64,000 bases of DNA from Takakia lepidozioides (lineage: Eukaryota; Plantae; Bryophyta), in the NCBI GenBank assembly GCA_030704615.1, contig CM060732.1, positions 56,854,001-56,918,000 on the forward strand, written 5' to 3'. Position numbers and translations under genes: made by a program. Each line of letters starts with the position of its first letter. Position 1 is the first letter of the stretch. A model generated the notes under the pieces. The model worked only from the letters and a program-made list of their open reading frames with translations, had not been told where the DNA came from and made no database searches. Below are positions 62,605 through 64,000 of this stretch, piece after piece.

Positions 62605-64000
62605 GAAGACAATAGCAATAATGAATCAATTGATGCATCTGAGTGACGATTTGTATTCTGGTTGGAATTGGGCAGTGTCGTCTCCTTTGGCATGCCCTTG
62701 TCAAATCCTCCCCACCCCCTATAACCTAGGAGTCATTATTGAATGTTTTAGAATGCTCATGACTGAGTAGTATGCTGATAACGTGATGGTGTTTGTAGCT
62801 ATGAGATTTAGGATTCGATTTTTGTTGGATTGCTAGTCACCCTGGTCCATGTCCTCCCATATGATGTCACCCCGTTCAGTGTAACTTTGGTGTCACTTTA
62901 TTTTTATACTTTTTATATTTAGTCAAATTTCATGACACCAAGTGGGAGATAGGCCGATTGGAGGGAAACTTCCATCCGCACCACTTCAGTGTCACTCCAA
63001 CCACTAGTGTCACGCTCATAATGTCACCCCATCCCATGTCAATCCTGTGTATGGTGTCATTTGCTTTTAGTGCACTCCAATCTGTGGCACTCTTGAGAGG
63101 GGGAAGGGAAGATTTGACATGCCAAAATCCGGCATATCGCGCTCTCAGAGATGGCCCCCTTGCATTAAGTTCTTCATCTTATTGCTACTATTTGTGGCAT
63201 GTGCGATTGAGCGCATATTAGAGTTATCCGTAAAGGGTCCAAAACTCGGCACGAGAACCCTGAGGTTGGCCAAAACTGGGCATGAAACTCAAAACTTAGG
63301 ACGTGAGGGTAAGAAGACACGGGACCAAACTGCCAGGACATAGGGAAATGGTCGTGGCGTACCAAACTTAGGCTCACTTTACAAATAACTCTATTGTACC
63401 ATCGTTTTACTGAGTATATACATACTTACATTTATGACATGTGTACCAAAAGACAATTGAAGGGCCAATATGCCAAAAAAAAAACTCAATTTGCTATTTT
63501 TCATGAATTTTAAGCGACAGAAAATACTTGAATGTCCAAATATGAAACCACCTCAATGCATCCCTACTTAATGAGGGCTTTCCAGCATCAAGACTACAAG
63601 CACTCTCTGGGGGATCTGAACGATGCTATAAAACAAAACAAACTACATTGCTTAGTAGGTAGATTACTTTCCGGAAATCTTTATTTTCAGTTTTTATTTT
63701 TTTCAAATCATGTGTTGATTTATTTAGTGTTGAAATGGATTTGGATATATATTTTTTAATTAAGAGGGAACAGGGCCCTCAAAATTTTATTGGATAACTA
63801 TGACATGAAGAGGAGTAAATCATCAAAATGAGGTACGCGACACATTGTATTAAAGCTTAAAGTTGAATACATTGTCATGGTTTTAGTCATGGTTATCTAG
63901 AATTACCTACTTCTAGTTAACTAGGACATTTTAGATAATTATATTTATATTTTGTGTGTTGGGACTTCATTTGGTCTCACATACCAAGTGAGGTGTCGAG

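Noticed and set aside
62700-64000. Short recurring gtcacc / caaaact motifs suggesting TE subterminal repeats
   Set aside because: No defined termini, TSD or coding remnant within the window.

Overview
Eukaryotic genomic DNA with spliceosomal introns. It is inferred to come from a non-seed land plant, probably a bryophyte, based on the gene families and TE content. The left part (~1-27.5 kb) is a nested TE field. It holds a large Mutator-like element (MULE) with a SWIM-type DDE transposase, a Ulp1/C48 protease gene and extra ORFs, plus Ty3, LINE and Ty1/copia remnants, a decayed piggyBac transposon and three decayed tandem copies of the 3' end of RPP0. The right part (~28-64 kb) is genic: an unusually long DREB-type AP2/ERF factor, a PAP2 lipid phosphatase, 60S ribosomal protein P0, CYPRO4/VID27 and a PTB1/2-type splicing regulator, followed by a MULE-type MITE. 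Main observations: (1) The two ~400-bp MULE TIRs lie in direct orientation, and their 9-bp flanks are exact reverse complements (GAGAAAAAG / CTTTTTCTC), which indicates one insertion split by an inversion. (2) The element is saturated with arrays of a GACT-core motif and carries Ulp1 plus a putative zinc-finger ORF, reminiscent of the VANDAL/VANC anti-silencing architecture (hypothesis). (3) A piggyBac element is present in a land plant. (4) A kinase fragment is captured inside copia RT between 9-bp direct repeats. (5) The PTB gene has a candidate poison exon. All calls come from reading the sequence by eye; no database search was run.
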